Origin: Deltaproteobacteria bacterium
GTDB taxonomy: Bacteria; Myxococcota_A; UBA9160; SMWR01
Direction: 5' to 3'
Length of the DNA: 35,141 nucleotides
Assembly: GCA_032128375.1 (NCBI GenBank)
Contig: JAQBGU010000152.1
Span: forward strand, 1-35,141
Each line of letters begins with the position of its first letter. The first letter of the stretch is position 1. Below the pieces are notes generated by a model, which searched no databases, had not been told where the DNA came from, and saw only the letters and a program-made list of their open reading frames with translations. The position numbers and the translations under genes are program-made. Positions 26,769-35,141 of this stretch are shown here, in pieces.

Positions 26769-28321
26769 GAATCCCCCTTGAGCACCAGGGCTTCGAAGTG
26801 CGCGCGCACCTCGCTGCGCACGCGACTCCAATCGTCGATCAGCCGATTGCGGGCGGCTTCTCCGTTCGGTTCGGCGTAGCGCATGCGCCGAGCCAGACGC
26901 AGCTGGGCAGCCCGTTCGCGTGGGAACTTCGAGGTCTGCTGCTCGTCGGCCATTTGCAGCGCATGCTCGGCGCGGCGGAGCCACACATAAGCGCCGGAGA
27001 GCTGCTCCGCAATCACATCCGGCAACAGGCCATGATGGGCCAGTTCCGCCAAGCCATCGAGCGTATTTCCGGTTCGCAACGATGTCAGCCGAGCGCCCCA
27101 AAAGAGCTGAAACGACTGCACCAGAAATTCCACGTCGCGGATTCCGCCGGGACCTTCCTTGAGGTCGGATTCCAGGTCGCGCCCGGCCTCGCGACGTTCC
27201 AATTCGATGCGGTCTTTCATTTCGCGCACGGCACCAATCGCGGAGGGATCGATCGAGCGTCGATACACAAACGGTCGGATCCCATCGCCGAACGCCGCCG
27301 CGACTGCCGATGGACCGCCCAACGTGCGCAATCGGATCAACATCTGGCGCTCCCAATCGGCGCCGGATACTTCGTAGTAGCTGAGTGCCGACTCGACCGA
27401 CTGGGCGAGTGCCCCGTCGACACCTTCGGGTCTCAGGCCGAGATCGACGCGGTAGATGAAGCCATCTGGGCTAGGGAGTTCCAGCTGTTTCTTGAAGTGT
27501 CGAATGAAGGCTGTGGCGGCCCGCCCGCGAGCTGGGTCGACCTCGCCTCGAGGGGACTCGTACAGAAACAACAGGTCGACATCCGAGGAGAAGTTCAACT
27601 CGCGGCCGCCCAGCTTGCCAAGCGCGAATATGGCTGGGCTAGCGGTGATGGAAACGTCATCGAACCCTGTGTGGGCGTCGCGATGGGTATCGCGATAGGT
27701 ATCGCGCGCGGCACATCGGGCAGCAGCGGCCAAGCACCCATCCGCGAGGTCAGATAGTTCGCGTAGGCTCGCTACGAATGGACGCCCGACCAGATCGCGT
27801 GCTGCGATCCGCAGCAGTCCCCTGTACTTCGCAGCGCGAATCTCGCCCCAGTCGGCTTGGGTGGATATTTCTCGGGGCGGTTCGGGTGTGACACCGCTGA
27901 GTTCCTCGACCCAAGTCGGGTGCTGGATCAGCAACCGGGCCAGGAAGTCACTCGAACCCAGCACGATCGGAAGCGCGGCCAGGCGCCCGATCTCGAGTGG
28001 TGCGCCAGCCGCTCGTCGGGCGGCGGCGAGATCCGCAAGACGGTCGGCCGCTTGGCGGGGGCGAGCCGAGATGAGCAGCGCAGGGCACCAATCCAGCAGG
28101 CAACCTGCCAGGTCCGGGTGATGGGCCGCGCGCGCGAACGACTCTGCAGCGGCCCTGGGATCTGGTTCGCCAACCGATGCGAGCGCAGCGAGATTGGGTG
28201 TGGAACTTCGCACGCTGTCGGTGAATTCGATCGCAAACGCGTCCACGTGGAATAGGAGTAACCCGAAATCGCGCGCTGCGCCCGGGGGCGCAATCCCGCA
28301 TTGCGTCCATTCGGAAGCCAT
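26765..28321 (-). CDS. glnE: GlnE-like protein, first half (N-terminal, adenylyl-removing-type nucleotidyltransferase domain)
   Basis: ALGKLGGRELNFSSDVDLLFLY, YRVDLGLRPEG, WERQMLIR, RPFVYRR, LKEGPGGIRDVEFLVQSFQL, LRRAEHALQM; start uncertain (about 28246-28321). Confidence 0.82.
   Translation of the reverse strand: MASEWTQCGIAPPGAARDFGLLLFHVDAFAIEFTDSVRSSTPNLAALASVGEPDPRAAAESFARAAHHPDLAGCLLDWCPALLISARPRQAADRLADLAAARRAAGAPLEIGRLAALPIVLGSSDFLARLLIQHPTWVEELSGVTPEPPREISTQADWGEIRAAKYRGLLRIAARDLVGRPFVASLRELSDLADGCLAAAARCAARDTYRDTHRDAHTGFDDVSITASPAIFALGKLGGRELNFSSDVDLLFLYESPRGEVDPARGRAATAFIRHFKKQLELPSPDGFIYRVDLGLRPEGVDGALAQSVESALSYYEVSGADWERQMLIRLRTLGGPSAVAAAFGDGIRPFVYRRSIDPSAIGAVREMKDRIELERREAGRDLESDLKEGPGGIRDVEFLVQSFQLFWGARLTSLRTGNTLDGLAELAHHGLLPDVIAEQLSGAYVWLRRAEHALQMADEQQTSKFPRERAAQLRLARRMRYAEPNGEAARNRLIDDWSRVRSEVRAHFEALVLKGDS
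27671..27706. repeat. Three 12-bp in-frame tandem units inside the first glnE half
   Basis: GTGGGCGTCGCG / ATGGGTATCGCG / ATAGGTATCGCG, encoding RDTY-RDTH-RDAH on the minus strand. Confidence 0.7.
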
Positions 28322-28498
28322 CGAGCTGAACTGGCCAGATACGCTGCGTCGTCGAGTGGCCCGGGATGGGTCAGTTGACGACGTGGACGCTCTCGCCGCG
28401 AAACGGCGAACGCGCAACTGTTATCATCGCGTCCGGAAGCGGCGCAGGTCGACGCTGCAGGTCGGCGCTGCGAGTCGATGGAGGTCCGGTAGGAGAAG

Positions 28499-29770
28499 AT
28501 GGACGACGAAGATGCCGGCGGTCGCGGACTGACAAGCCGGATTCTGGTGGGAATGGCCGCGGGCCTCGCGACCGGCCTGGTCCTCAACGCTGTCGGTGTG
28601 ACGGGGCCGGTTCCAGACTTCATCGTCGGCGGGCTTTTCCACGTCGGCGGATCGATCTTCCTGGCCAGTCTCAAATTGTTGGTGGTCCCGCTCGTGTTCG
28701 TGTCGCTGGTGTTGGGAACGGCAGCCCTCGACGACATCGCCAAGCTGGGGAGGGTGGGCGCGAAAACGCTCGCGCTGTATCTGGCGACCACAGCGATTGC
28801 GATTTCGCTCGCTTTGGCGGCTGCCACGATCTTCGCTCCCGGCGCTGGTTTTGATCTCGAGACCGAGGTGAGCTTTGTGGCCAAACCGGCGCCACCGCTC
28901 TCCGAGGTATTCATCGACTTGTTTCCTTCCAACCCGGTGGCTGCGATGGCCGAAGGCAACATGCTGCAGATCATCGTATTCGCGGGTCTGTTCGGTGTGG
29001 CGCTGACGCTGGCGGGTGATCCCGGCAAACGGCTGATCAAGCTTTTCGAAGACCTCAACGCCGTCATCATGCGGCTGGTGATGGTGTTGATGAGCATGGC
29101 GCCGTACGGAGTCTTCTGTCTGCTTGCGAAGGTCTTCGCCACGCAGGGCTTCGAAGCGATGGCGCCGCTGCTCCGGTACTTCGTGCTGGTGCTCGTCGTG
29201 CTTTTCGTGCACGCAGGGGTCACCTATAGCGGCCTGCTGAAGGTGCTATCGGGGCTGAGCCCGATCCGATTCCTGCAGCACATGCGCGAACCGATTATCG
29301 TCGCTTTCAGTACCGCGAGCAGCAACGCGACGCTGCCGGTGACGTTGGAAACCACGGAGCGAAAGCTCGGCGTGCACAACTCGATTGCATCGTTCACAGT
29401 CCCGCTCGGGGCCACGATCAACATGGATGGAACGGCGATCATGCAAGGCGTTGCGACCGGCTTCATCGCGCAGGCCTACGGGATCGAGCTCGGCGCCACC
29501 GACTACTTGATGGTCGTTCTGACGGCGACGCTGGCATCGATCGGAACGGCCGGGGTGCCCGGGGTCGGCTTGGTGATGCTCGCGATGGTGTTGCGTCAAG
29601 TGAACCTGCCGGTGGAGGGGATCGGACTGGTTCTGGGCGTCGATCGGCTGTTGGACATGGTCCGAACCGCGGTCAACGTGACGGGCGATGCAATGGTGAC
29701 CTGCATTGTTGCCAAGAGCGAAGGCCACTTCTCAGACGAGGTGTTCAACGGTGTCGCAGCAGACGACTGA
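28499..29770 (+). CDS. Dicarboxylate/amino acid:cation symporter (DAACS, GltP-like)
   Basis: AFSTASSNATLP, PLGATINMDGT, ASIGTAGVPG, GVDRLLDMVRTAVNVTGD; AGGAG RBS. Confidence 0.95.
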   Translation: MDDEDAGGRGLTSRILVGMAAGLATGLVLNAVGVTGPVPDFIVGGLFHVGGSIFLASLKLLVVPLVFVSLVLGTAALDDIAKLGRVGAKTLALYLATTAIAISLALAAATIFAPGAGFDLETEVSFVAKPAPPLSEVFIDLFPSNPVAAMAEGNMLQIIVFAGLFGVALTLAGDPGKRLIKLFEDLNAVIMRLVMVLMSMAPYGVFCLLAKVFATQGFEAMAPLLRYFVLVLVVLFVHAGVTYSGLLKVLSGLSPIRFLQHMREPIIVAFSTASSNATLPVTLETTERKLGVHNSIASFTVPLGATINMDGTAIMQGVATGFIAQAYGIELGATDYLMVVLTATLASIGTAGVPGVGLVMLAMVLRQVNLPVEGIGLVLGVDRLLDMVRTAVNVTGDAMVTCIVAKSEGHFSDEVFNGVAADD

Positions 29771-30029
29771 TGCCGCTGGCCTCAGTGTGTGGCGGCTCGC
29801 GACGAGTCCCAGCGTGGTTCGCCGCTCGCTCGGGTTCGCGTTGGGCGTGGGCGGCGTGCTGATCGCGATCAATCACGGCGATGCGATCTGGGCCGGTGCG
29901 GTCGAGCCGAAGCGCTGGCTCCAAATCGGCTTGACGACGATGGTTCCGTATTGTGTGTCGACGGCGTCGAGCGTGATGGCGGCCCGACAGGCGACCGCAC
30001 AAAACGCGATCGGCAAAGAGGGGGATTGA
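29751..30029 (+). CDS. Small two-TM membrane protein resembling the NrtS nitrate/nitrite transporter family
   Basis: VGGVLIAINHGD...LTTMVPYCVST pattern; GTG 29751 after GAGGT, overlapping the symporter 3' end. Confidence 0.65.
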   Translation: MSQQTTDAAGLSVWRLATSPSVVRRSLGFALGVGGVLIAINHGDAIWAGAVEPKRWLQIGLTTMVPYCVSTASSVMAARQATAQNAIGKEGD

Positions 30030-30030
30030 A

Positions 30031-31179
30031 ATGGCCTATGAGATCGTTCGATTTCCGTTCGATGGCACGATCGACGCGGATGGCCACATCCTGGAGCCCG
30101 CCTGGTTGTGGGAAGAGTATCTCGAGCAGCGCTACCGCGATCGCGCAATGCGCATCGCCGTGGACGCAAATGGCCTCGAATACCTCGAGCTCGACGGCCG
30201 GCCTTCTGAGCGAACGGTAAAGGGTGTGCTCGGCATGATGGGAGCGATGGGCGACCCCGACGCGCGACCCGGGCCGGATCGTCGTTACATGGGTTCGATG
30301 CCGTTTGGTGCCGGCGACGCGAATGAACGCGTCGAACTGCTCGGCCGTGAGAACCTCGACAAGGCGGTGCTGTATCCGACGATCGGGCTGCTCTGGGAAT
30401 GTGAGGTCGACGATCCAGAACTGACCATCGCCTATCAGCGAGCCTATAACCGTTGGATCGCAGATTTTTGCCGTGACTCGAACGGGCGACTGGTTCCGAT
30501 CGCACACCTGTCGTTGACCGATCCCAGCGGGTCGGCTGCAGAACTCGAACGAGCGGTGGCGGACGGTTGCCGCGGTGGGTTTATCGCACCGTTCACACAC
30601 AGCAAGAAACCGCACGGCCACCCAGACCACGACCCGTTGTACGCGAAGGCCAGCGAACTCGGCGTGCCGATCGGCATCCATCCCACCTACGAACCCGACT
30701 GGGCGGTCCCTGTCCGCTTTCGCGGGATGGGACGCGAACGCGAGTTCTTTTACAACGTGATGATTCGGCAGGGTGCCCAGCAGGCATTCCTGTCGTTTTT
30801 CGCGATGGGTACGCTGGACCGGTTTCCCGAACTCCAGCTCGGCTTGCTCGAAGTGGGATGCGGCTGGGTGGGCTCGTTTCTCGATCGGATGGACGCGGTG
30901 TTTGACACCGTTTCGGGTAGCGGCGTGAAGCTCCGCATGCGACCCAGCGAGTACTTCCGCCGCCAGTGCTTCGTATCGGGGGATCCAGATGAGACGGCCG
31001 CCGCGCATGTCATCGACCACGTTGGCGCCGACCGATTCATGTGGGCAACCGACTATCCCCACCCGGACCACCCAGGCAGTTGGGCGCAGGCGCTCGAGCG
31101 TTTCGTAGAGCCGCTTTCGGATGAGACGCGCGCCAAGTTGCTCGGCGAAAACGTGGCGCGAATCTACGGCTTGGGCTGA
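30031..31179 (+). CDS. Amidohydrolase_2 family metal-dependent hydrolase
   Basis: IDADGHILEP, RAYNRWIADFC, PIGIHP, LEVGCGW, MWATDYPHPD, LLGENVARIY. Confidence 0.9.
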   Translation: MAYEIVRFPFDGTIDADGHILEPAWLWEEYLEQRYRDRAMRIAVDANGLEYLELDGRPSERTVKGVLGMMGAMGDPDARPGPDRRYMGSMPFGAGDANERVELLGRENLDKAVLYPTIGLLWECEVDDPELTIAYQRAYNRWIADFCRDSNGRLVPIAHLSLTDPSGSAAELERAVADGCRGGFIAPFTHSKKPHGHPDHDPLYAKASELGVPIGIHPTYEPDWAVPVRFRGMGREREFFYNVMIRQGAQQAFLSFFAMGTLDRFPELQLGLLEVGCGWVGSFLDRMDAVFDTVSGSGVKLRMRPSEYFRRQCFVSGDPDETAAAHVIDHVGADRFMWATDYPHPDHPGSWAQALERFVEPLSDETRAKLLGENVARIYGLG

Positions 31180-31213
31180 TGGGGTAGGGTAGGGGGCGAA
31201 ATCGAATGCGATC

Positions 31214-32605
31214 GTGAACCTGATGCGAAACTTATGGGCGGGACTTCGGCTGGCGTCAACCGGACGGGGGGCCGCCGCTGATTTCGTGTTCTCGATCGAT
31301 CAGGTCGTGCTACTGGCGATCGCGACCACCGGTCTTGCCGCGATGGGCAGCTATTTGGGCAGTGTACCACCCCGCGACTTCTATCTGCCGGCGATCGAGA
31401 GCCTGTCGTTTCGTCTGCTTCTGACGCTCGGGTTCGCGTACCTCGCGACTCGCTTCCTGTCACGACTGGCGGTGGGCAGCTCTGCGGGTGCCGCGAAAGC
31501 GGACGTGACTCCGCTGGCCGTCGTGCTGTTCAGCTTGGCGGCCGTCGAGCGAATCGTCGTTTCACTACTGGATCTGTGCGAGATTCATCTCCCGATTCTG
31601 TCGGAAGAGCCGTATTCGACCGCCGTGGGGCTGGGCGTTTGGGGATGGCTGTTCTGGGTGACATTCGGAGCGGTTCGGTTGACGAGTACGCTTGCTCCGG
31701 GTCGGATCGCGCTGATCGTCGGGGCGTATTTGGCCGCGCTGTGGAGTGTGTCGTCGGCTGTGCCGTTGGAACCGTTCTTCGAGACAGATAGCTGGAGCCA
31801 GGCGGCGTCGGGCGGGGCGGCGATCGATGCGGAGCAGGTGATGTACGACCAGCGTGACCACGTCGAACGCGCGCTCAGTTCGCTCGCGCCCGAGAGACCC
31901 GGTGTGGCCGACCTCTATTTCGTCGCGTTCGCCGGTGACGCGTCCCAGGCGGTTTTTCGGCGTGAGGTGGAGTCTGTTCGGGACCTGTTCGGGCGAAGTT
32001 TTGACGCGCGAAATCGATCGATCTCTCTGATCAACAGCGACGAGACCATCGATCACACACCGCTGGCATCGTCGACGAACCTGGCTGAGGTTCTCGCGGG
32101 TATCGGGCAGCGGATGGACCCCGCGCGCGACGTGCTGTTCTTGTTCCTGACTTCCCATGGAACCCAGACACCAGAATTGGCGATCGACTTTGCGCCCATT
32201 CCGTTGCGCCAGATCTCTCCCGATGATCTTCGTGACATGCTCGACGAGGCTGGGATCCGTTGGCGGGTCATCGTGATTTCAGCATGTTTTTCAGGAGGTT
32301 TCATCGAAACTCTCGAAAACGATGAAAGCCTGGTCATGACTGCGTCGGCGGCCGATCGAGAATCGTTCGGGTGCAGCCACGACGCGGATTTCACCTACTT
32401 CGGTCGAGCCTATTTCGACCAAGAGCTCGCCCGGACACGGTCTTTCGAAGCGGCCTTCGAGGCCGCGCGAGCGCGGATTGACGCATTGGAACGCAACGAA
32501 GGCTTGGACTCGTCATTGCCGCAGATGGCTATGGGCGCCAAAATCCGGCCGCTGCTTCGCGAGATGGCAGAGCGGCTGGAGATGGAAGCGGATGCAGCCC
32601 CCTGA
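31214..32605 (+). CDS. Membrane-anchored peptidase C13 (legumain-like) family protein
   Basis: N-terminal TM helices; VFRREV; catalytic His in FLTSHG and Cys in ISACFSGGF; SFGCS..DFTYFG. Confidence 0.88.
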   Translation: MNLMRNLWAGLRLASTGRGAAADFVFSIDQVVLLAIATTGLAAMGSYLGSVPPRDFYLPAIESLSFRLLLTLGFAYLATRFLSRLAVGSSAGAAKADVTPLAVVLFSLAAVERIVVSLLDLCEIHLPILSEEPYSTAVGLGVWGWLFWVTFGAVRLTSTLAPGRIALIVGAYLAALWSVSSAVPLEPFFETDSWSQAASGGAAIDAEQVMYDQRDHVERALSSLAPERPGVADLYFVAFAGDASQAVFRREVESVRDLFGRSFDARNRSISLINSDETIDHTPLASSTNLAEVLAGIGQRMDPARDVLFLFLTSHGTQTPELAIDFAPIPLRQISPDDLRDMLDEAGIRWRVIVISACFSGGFIETLENDESLVMTASAADRESFGCSHDADFTYFGRAYFDQELARTRSFEAAFEAARARIDALERNEGLDSSLPQMAMGAKIRPLLREMAERLEMEADAAP

Positions 32606-32661
32606 ATCGCAGCGGTGGGCTCGAAGCATCCTGGCGCCAGACAATCGCAAGGAGTGAGTAC

Positions 32662-33381
32662 ATGCAATTTCGAAGGGAGTCTTCAAGCGCCGCGCTGAAA
32701 TGGCTTGCGCCGGCCAGGAGTGCTCTCGAAAGAGCTGCTGTCGAAGCCGTGATTCTTGCCGGTGTTCTGCTCGTGTTGGGGTCCGCGTGCGCGGGGGTTC
32801 CTGGCACACGTCCTAGCTATCGGGTCGTCTCGACACAGCGGATCGGCCCGCTGCTCGATGTGAGGCTCGAGTGGACGTCGCGCGCGTCGGTCGTCTCATC
32901 GGACGCGAAGTTGAGCCTGCTGTTTGCTTCCGCCGACGTCTGCACCGAAATGATCAAAGTGGGGGCCGAGTTCGACTACATCCCGGGCGGTCTGACGGGC
33001 GGCTTGCGGTTGGGCGAGCAAATTTGTGAAGCGGTCGGGATCAGCGCGCTGCGCGAGTGGCGCGACCGCAGGCCGCGTCGGCGCCTGACCCGGCACGGCG
33101 ACGACCGAGCCCAGGCCACCTATCGCGTCGTGTTCGAGAACGCCGATTATGCGATCATCCGCGGCCGATTTCCGCTGGCGGGGATGATCGGGTGGTACGC
33201 TGGCGAGGATACGCTGGCGTTGATTCCCCAGCGCGCAGAGTGCGCGGCAGCGCTGCAGCGACAAGTCGCGACGATGGAATTTCGCGACACCGGGCCGGAC
33301 CCACTGCGTCTGGTCGGGGACGGAGGTTGCCCGTTCGCCGGTTTCTCTCGAATGGTGCCAGCGCTTCGAGACCAGAAGTAA
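32662..33381 (+). CDS. Hypothetical exported protein or lipoprotein
   Basis: Fills the gap between two genes, GGAG upstream, stop overlaps the next start (TAATG); hydrophobic stretch ending LGSAC; true start may be downstream. Confidence 0.65.
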   Translation: MQFRRESSSAALKWLAPARSALERAAVEAVILAGVLLVLGSACAGVPGTRPSYRVVSTQRIGPLLDVRLEWTSRASVVSSDAKLSLLFASADVCTEMIKVGAEFDYIPGGLTGGLRLGEQICEAVGISALREWRDRRPRRRLTRHGDDRAQATYRVVFENADYAIIRGRFPLAGMIGWYAGEDTLALIPQRAECAAALQRQVATMEFRDTGPDPLRLVGDGGCPFAGFSRMVPALRDQK

Positions 33382-34496
33382 TGTCGTTCGATCGCGCGTT
33401 CATTGCACTCGACTCGCCGACTTCGCGGCAGAACCCGGTCGGCTACCACCCGTGTCAGGGTGGCTATTTCACTCCATCCGGAGGGCCGCCAAAGATCGCC
33501 CTCATAGCGACGCACTACAATGTCGATTTCAGCGAGCACTATCTCGGCTCGTACATGGCCGAACGGGGCTACGGGTTCCTCGGCTGGAATACACGCTTCC
33601 GAGGCAATGAGCCGTACTTCCTGCTGGAGCATGCGCTGATCGATATCGGCGCCGGGGTCCGCTGGCTGCGCGAAAAAGCCGGAGTCGAGCGAGTCGTCAT
33701 TCTCGGAAACTCGGGAGGCGGTTCGCTGATGGGTGCCTACCAGTCGCAGGCCACCCGAGCATTGATTCGGCCTGCGTTTGGCCTCCCGCTTCCCGAGGCC
33801 GTATTGGATCTGCCAGCGGCCGACCTGTACATCTCGTTGTGCGCCCATCTCGGTCGACCGGAGATCCTCACCGCGTGGCTCGACCCATCGATGACCGATG
33901 AAAACGACCCCACATCGGTCGAGCCCGCGCTCGATATGTATGACGTCGCCCATGGCCCGCCGTATTCGGACGCATTCATCGGTCGCTACCGCGAGGCACA
34001 GCGCGCTCGAAACCACAAGATCACCGATTGGGTCCACGCCGAAATCGCGCGTCTCGCTGAGCACCAGATCTTCGACCGCCTGTTTACGCTGCAACGCAGC
34101 TGGGCCGACCTGCGCTTCATGGATGGCGCGATCGATCCCTCCGATCGCCCTGTCGGCGTTTGTCTCGCCGGACCGGCGCGCAACGCGAACTACGGAGCAC
34201 TCGGTATCGGTGCCTGCAATACGCTGCGGACCTGGCTTTCGATGTGGAGCCTACGCGACTCTCAGTGCAACGGGGTTCCGCATCTGCGCAACATCGATGT
34301 ACCGGCGTTGGTGATCCAGAGCCAAGCTGATGTCGGCTGTTTCTTGAGCGACGCGCGGACGATTCACGAGAGTCTCGCATCGACCGACAAGCGACTCGAA
34401 TTGATCGCTGGCGACCACTACTTGATGACCCCTGCCACGGCTCGGGGCGAGGTCGCTGATCTGATCGCGGGTTGGTTGGACCAACACACGGTGTGA
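33381..34496 (+). CDS. Alpha/beta-fold hydrolase
   Basis: Nucleophile elbow LGNSGGGSL; C-terminal His (AGDHYL); ATHYNVDFSEHYL; ATG 33381 coupled to the upstream stop. Confidence 0.88.
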   Translation: MSFDRAFIALDSPTSRQNPVGYHPCQGGYFTPSGGPPKIALIATHYNVDFSEHYLGSYMAERGYGFLGWNTRFRGNEPYFLLEHALIDIGAGVRWLREKAGVERVVILGNSGGGSLMGAYQSQATRALIRPAFGLPLPEAVLDLPAADLYISLCAHLGRPEILTAWLDPSMTDENDPTSVEPALDMYDVAHGPPYSDAFIGRYREAQRARNHKITDWVHAEIARLAEHQIFDRLFTLQRSWADLRFMDGAIDPSDRPVGVCLAGPARNANYGALGIGACNTLRTWLSMWSLRDSQCNGVPHLRNIDVPALVIQSQADVGCFLSDARTIHESLASTDKRLELIAGDHYLMTPATARGEVADLIAGWLDQHTV

Positions 34497-34667
34497 TCAA
34501 AGCGTTGACGGGGTGGTGAGCCCCGATTCGAAACGGGCCAGACGCACTGCGACTCCGCTTCCGAGATACTTCGGATCATAGTTGGAAAACACAGCAGCGG
34601 CAGGTCGTTGTAGACGATCCTTTCGAACATTTCGAGAGATCATGGCGACCGGTTCGCCGCTTCGCGG

Positions 34668-35141
34668 TTAGCCGGTTCTCGGCAGAAGCAAGGCGTCGCG
34701 TTGCGTATCGATGGCAGTGAGTTTCGCATCGAATGCAGACCAGTCGTCACGCTGTGCGATCTCATCCCACAATGATTCCACTTCGTCGATCAGCAGCGTG
34801 CAGGGTCGCTCCTGTTGGAAGTAGCTGTGCGCCAACGCGTCGGGATTGGCCGGCTCATCGTCGTCGAACCGGTCGACGATGGATGCGAACTCTTGTGTCT
34901 CGTACATCGCCGCAGCGGGGCTGCGCTTGGCGCGATCGCGGCTGGCGTTGCCCCCGTACCAATCGAAGAAGAACCGCTCGAATCCGATCTGCGACTCGTG
35001 CATGAATGCGTAGATGTCGTTGACGAAGTCGGTGTGGTCCGAGGTCGAGCGTGAATCTGCGGCCAATCCCAGTCGCGCGAATGTGCGGTCCTGATACGCG
35101 GCGTTCAGGGCCGGCTCGTAGCCGTGAAGGGATTTGAGCAG
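34668..35141 (-). CDS. SelO/YdiU family protein adenylyltransferase, C-terminal part (runs off the 3' edge)
   Basis: Frame open from 35141; FERFFFDWYGG and PCTLLIDEVESLWDEIAQRDDWS resemble the C-terminus of one YdiU/SelO subgroup; catalytic core lies outside the window. Confidence 0.65.
   Translation of the reverse strand: MLKSLHGYEPALNAAYQDRTFARLGLAADSRSTSDHTDFVNDIYAFMHESQIGFERFFFDWYGGNASRDRAKRSPAAAMYETQEFASIVDRFDDDEPANPDALAHSYFQQERPCTLLIDEVESLWDEIAQRDDWSAFDAKLTAIDTQRDALLLPRTG

Noticed and set aside
26769..27356. N-terminal 196-aa extension of the 630-aa ORF 25464..27356
   Set aside because: Overlaps the first glnE half in another frame and reads as Arg-rich non-protein; GTG 26768 with SD and stop overlap is the better start
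28331..28348. Possible sigma54 promoter (TGGC...TGC) upstream of the symporter
   Set aside because: GG-to-GC spacing is 11 rather than the required 10 nt, and the flanks match poorly
33057..33380. N-terminal extension of the 479-aa hydrolase ORF
   Set aside because: Overlaps the upstream gene; ATG 33381 in a TAATG overlap is the plausible start
34497..34667. Possible ncRNA between the convergent hydrolase and SelO-like genes
   Set aside because: Only short GC stems; no recognisable tRNA, riboswitch or other RNA family signature
25464..35141. Functional link between the two AMPylation enzymes (GlnE halves and SelO/YdiU)
   Set aside because: Separated by six unrelated genes, different folds, and only the SelO tail is visible; no evidence beyond proximity

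Overview
GC-rich, gene-dense chromosomal window (about 30 CDS). I saw no rRNA, tRNA, CRISPR array or mobile element. In order, it carries: the end of a sucA-sucB-lpdA operon; a 2OG-Fe(II) oxygenase; a minus-strand MlaE/MlaF/MlaD(MCE)/PqiC-like lipid transport operon with yheU; an M16 zinc peptidase lipoprotein; two OmpA-domain proteins (one fused to a vWA domain); an MFS transporter; a phytase-like esterase; and a metallophosphoesterase. The most interesting block is 17.6-25.3 kb. There an operon for a membrane-anchored vWA protein, a short PspA/IM30 (ESCRT-III-like) protein and a multi-TM protein sits head-to-head with an OmpR-type two-component system, with a candidate tandem binding box between them. 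Next come a YdjI-type SPFH-GYF_2 protein and a five-zinc-ribbon protein. Together these look like a non-canonical Psp-like envelope-stress or membrane-remodelling system (inference). Next to it, glnE appears split into two translationally coupled genes, each with one nucleotidyltransferase domain, divergent from gltP-like and nrtS-like genes. Several hydrolases and the C-terminal part of a SelO/YdiU AMPylase end the window. All family calls come from motif recognition by eye, not database searches.
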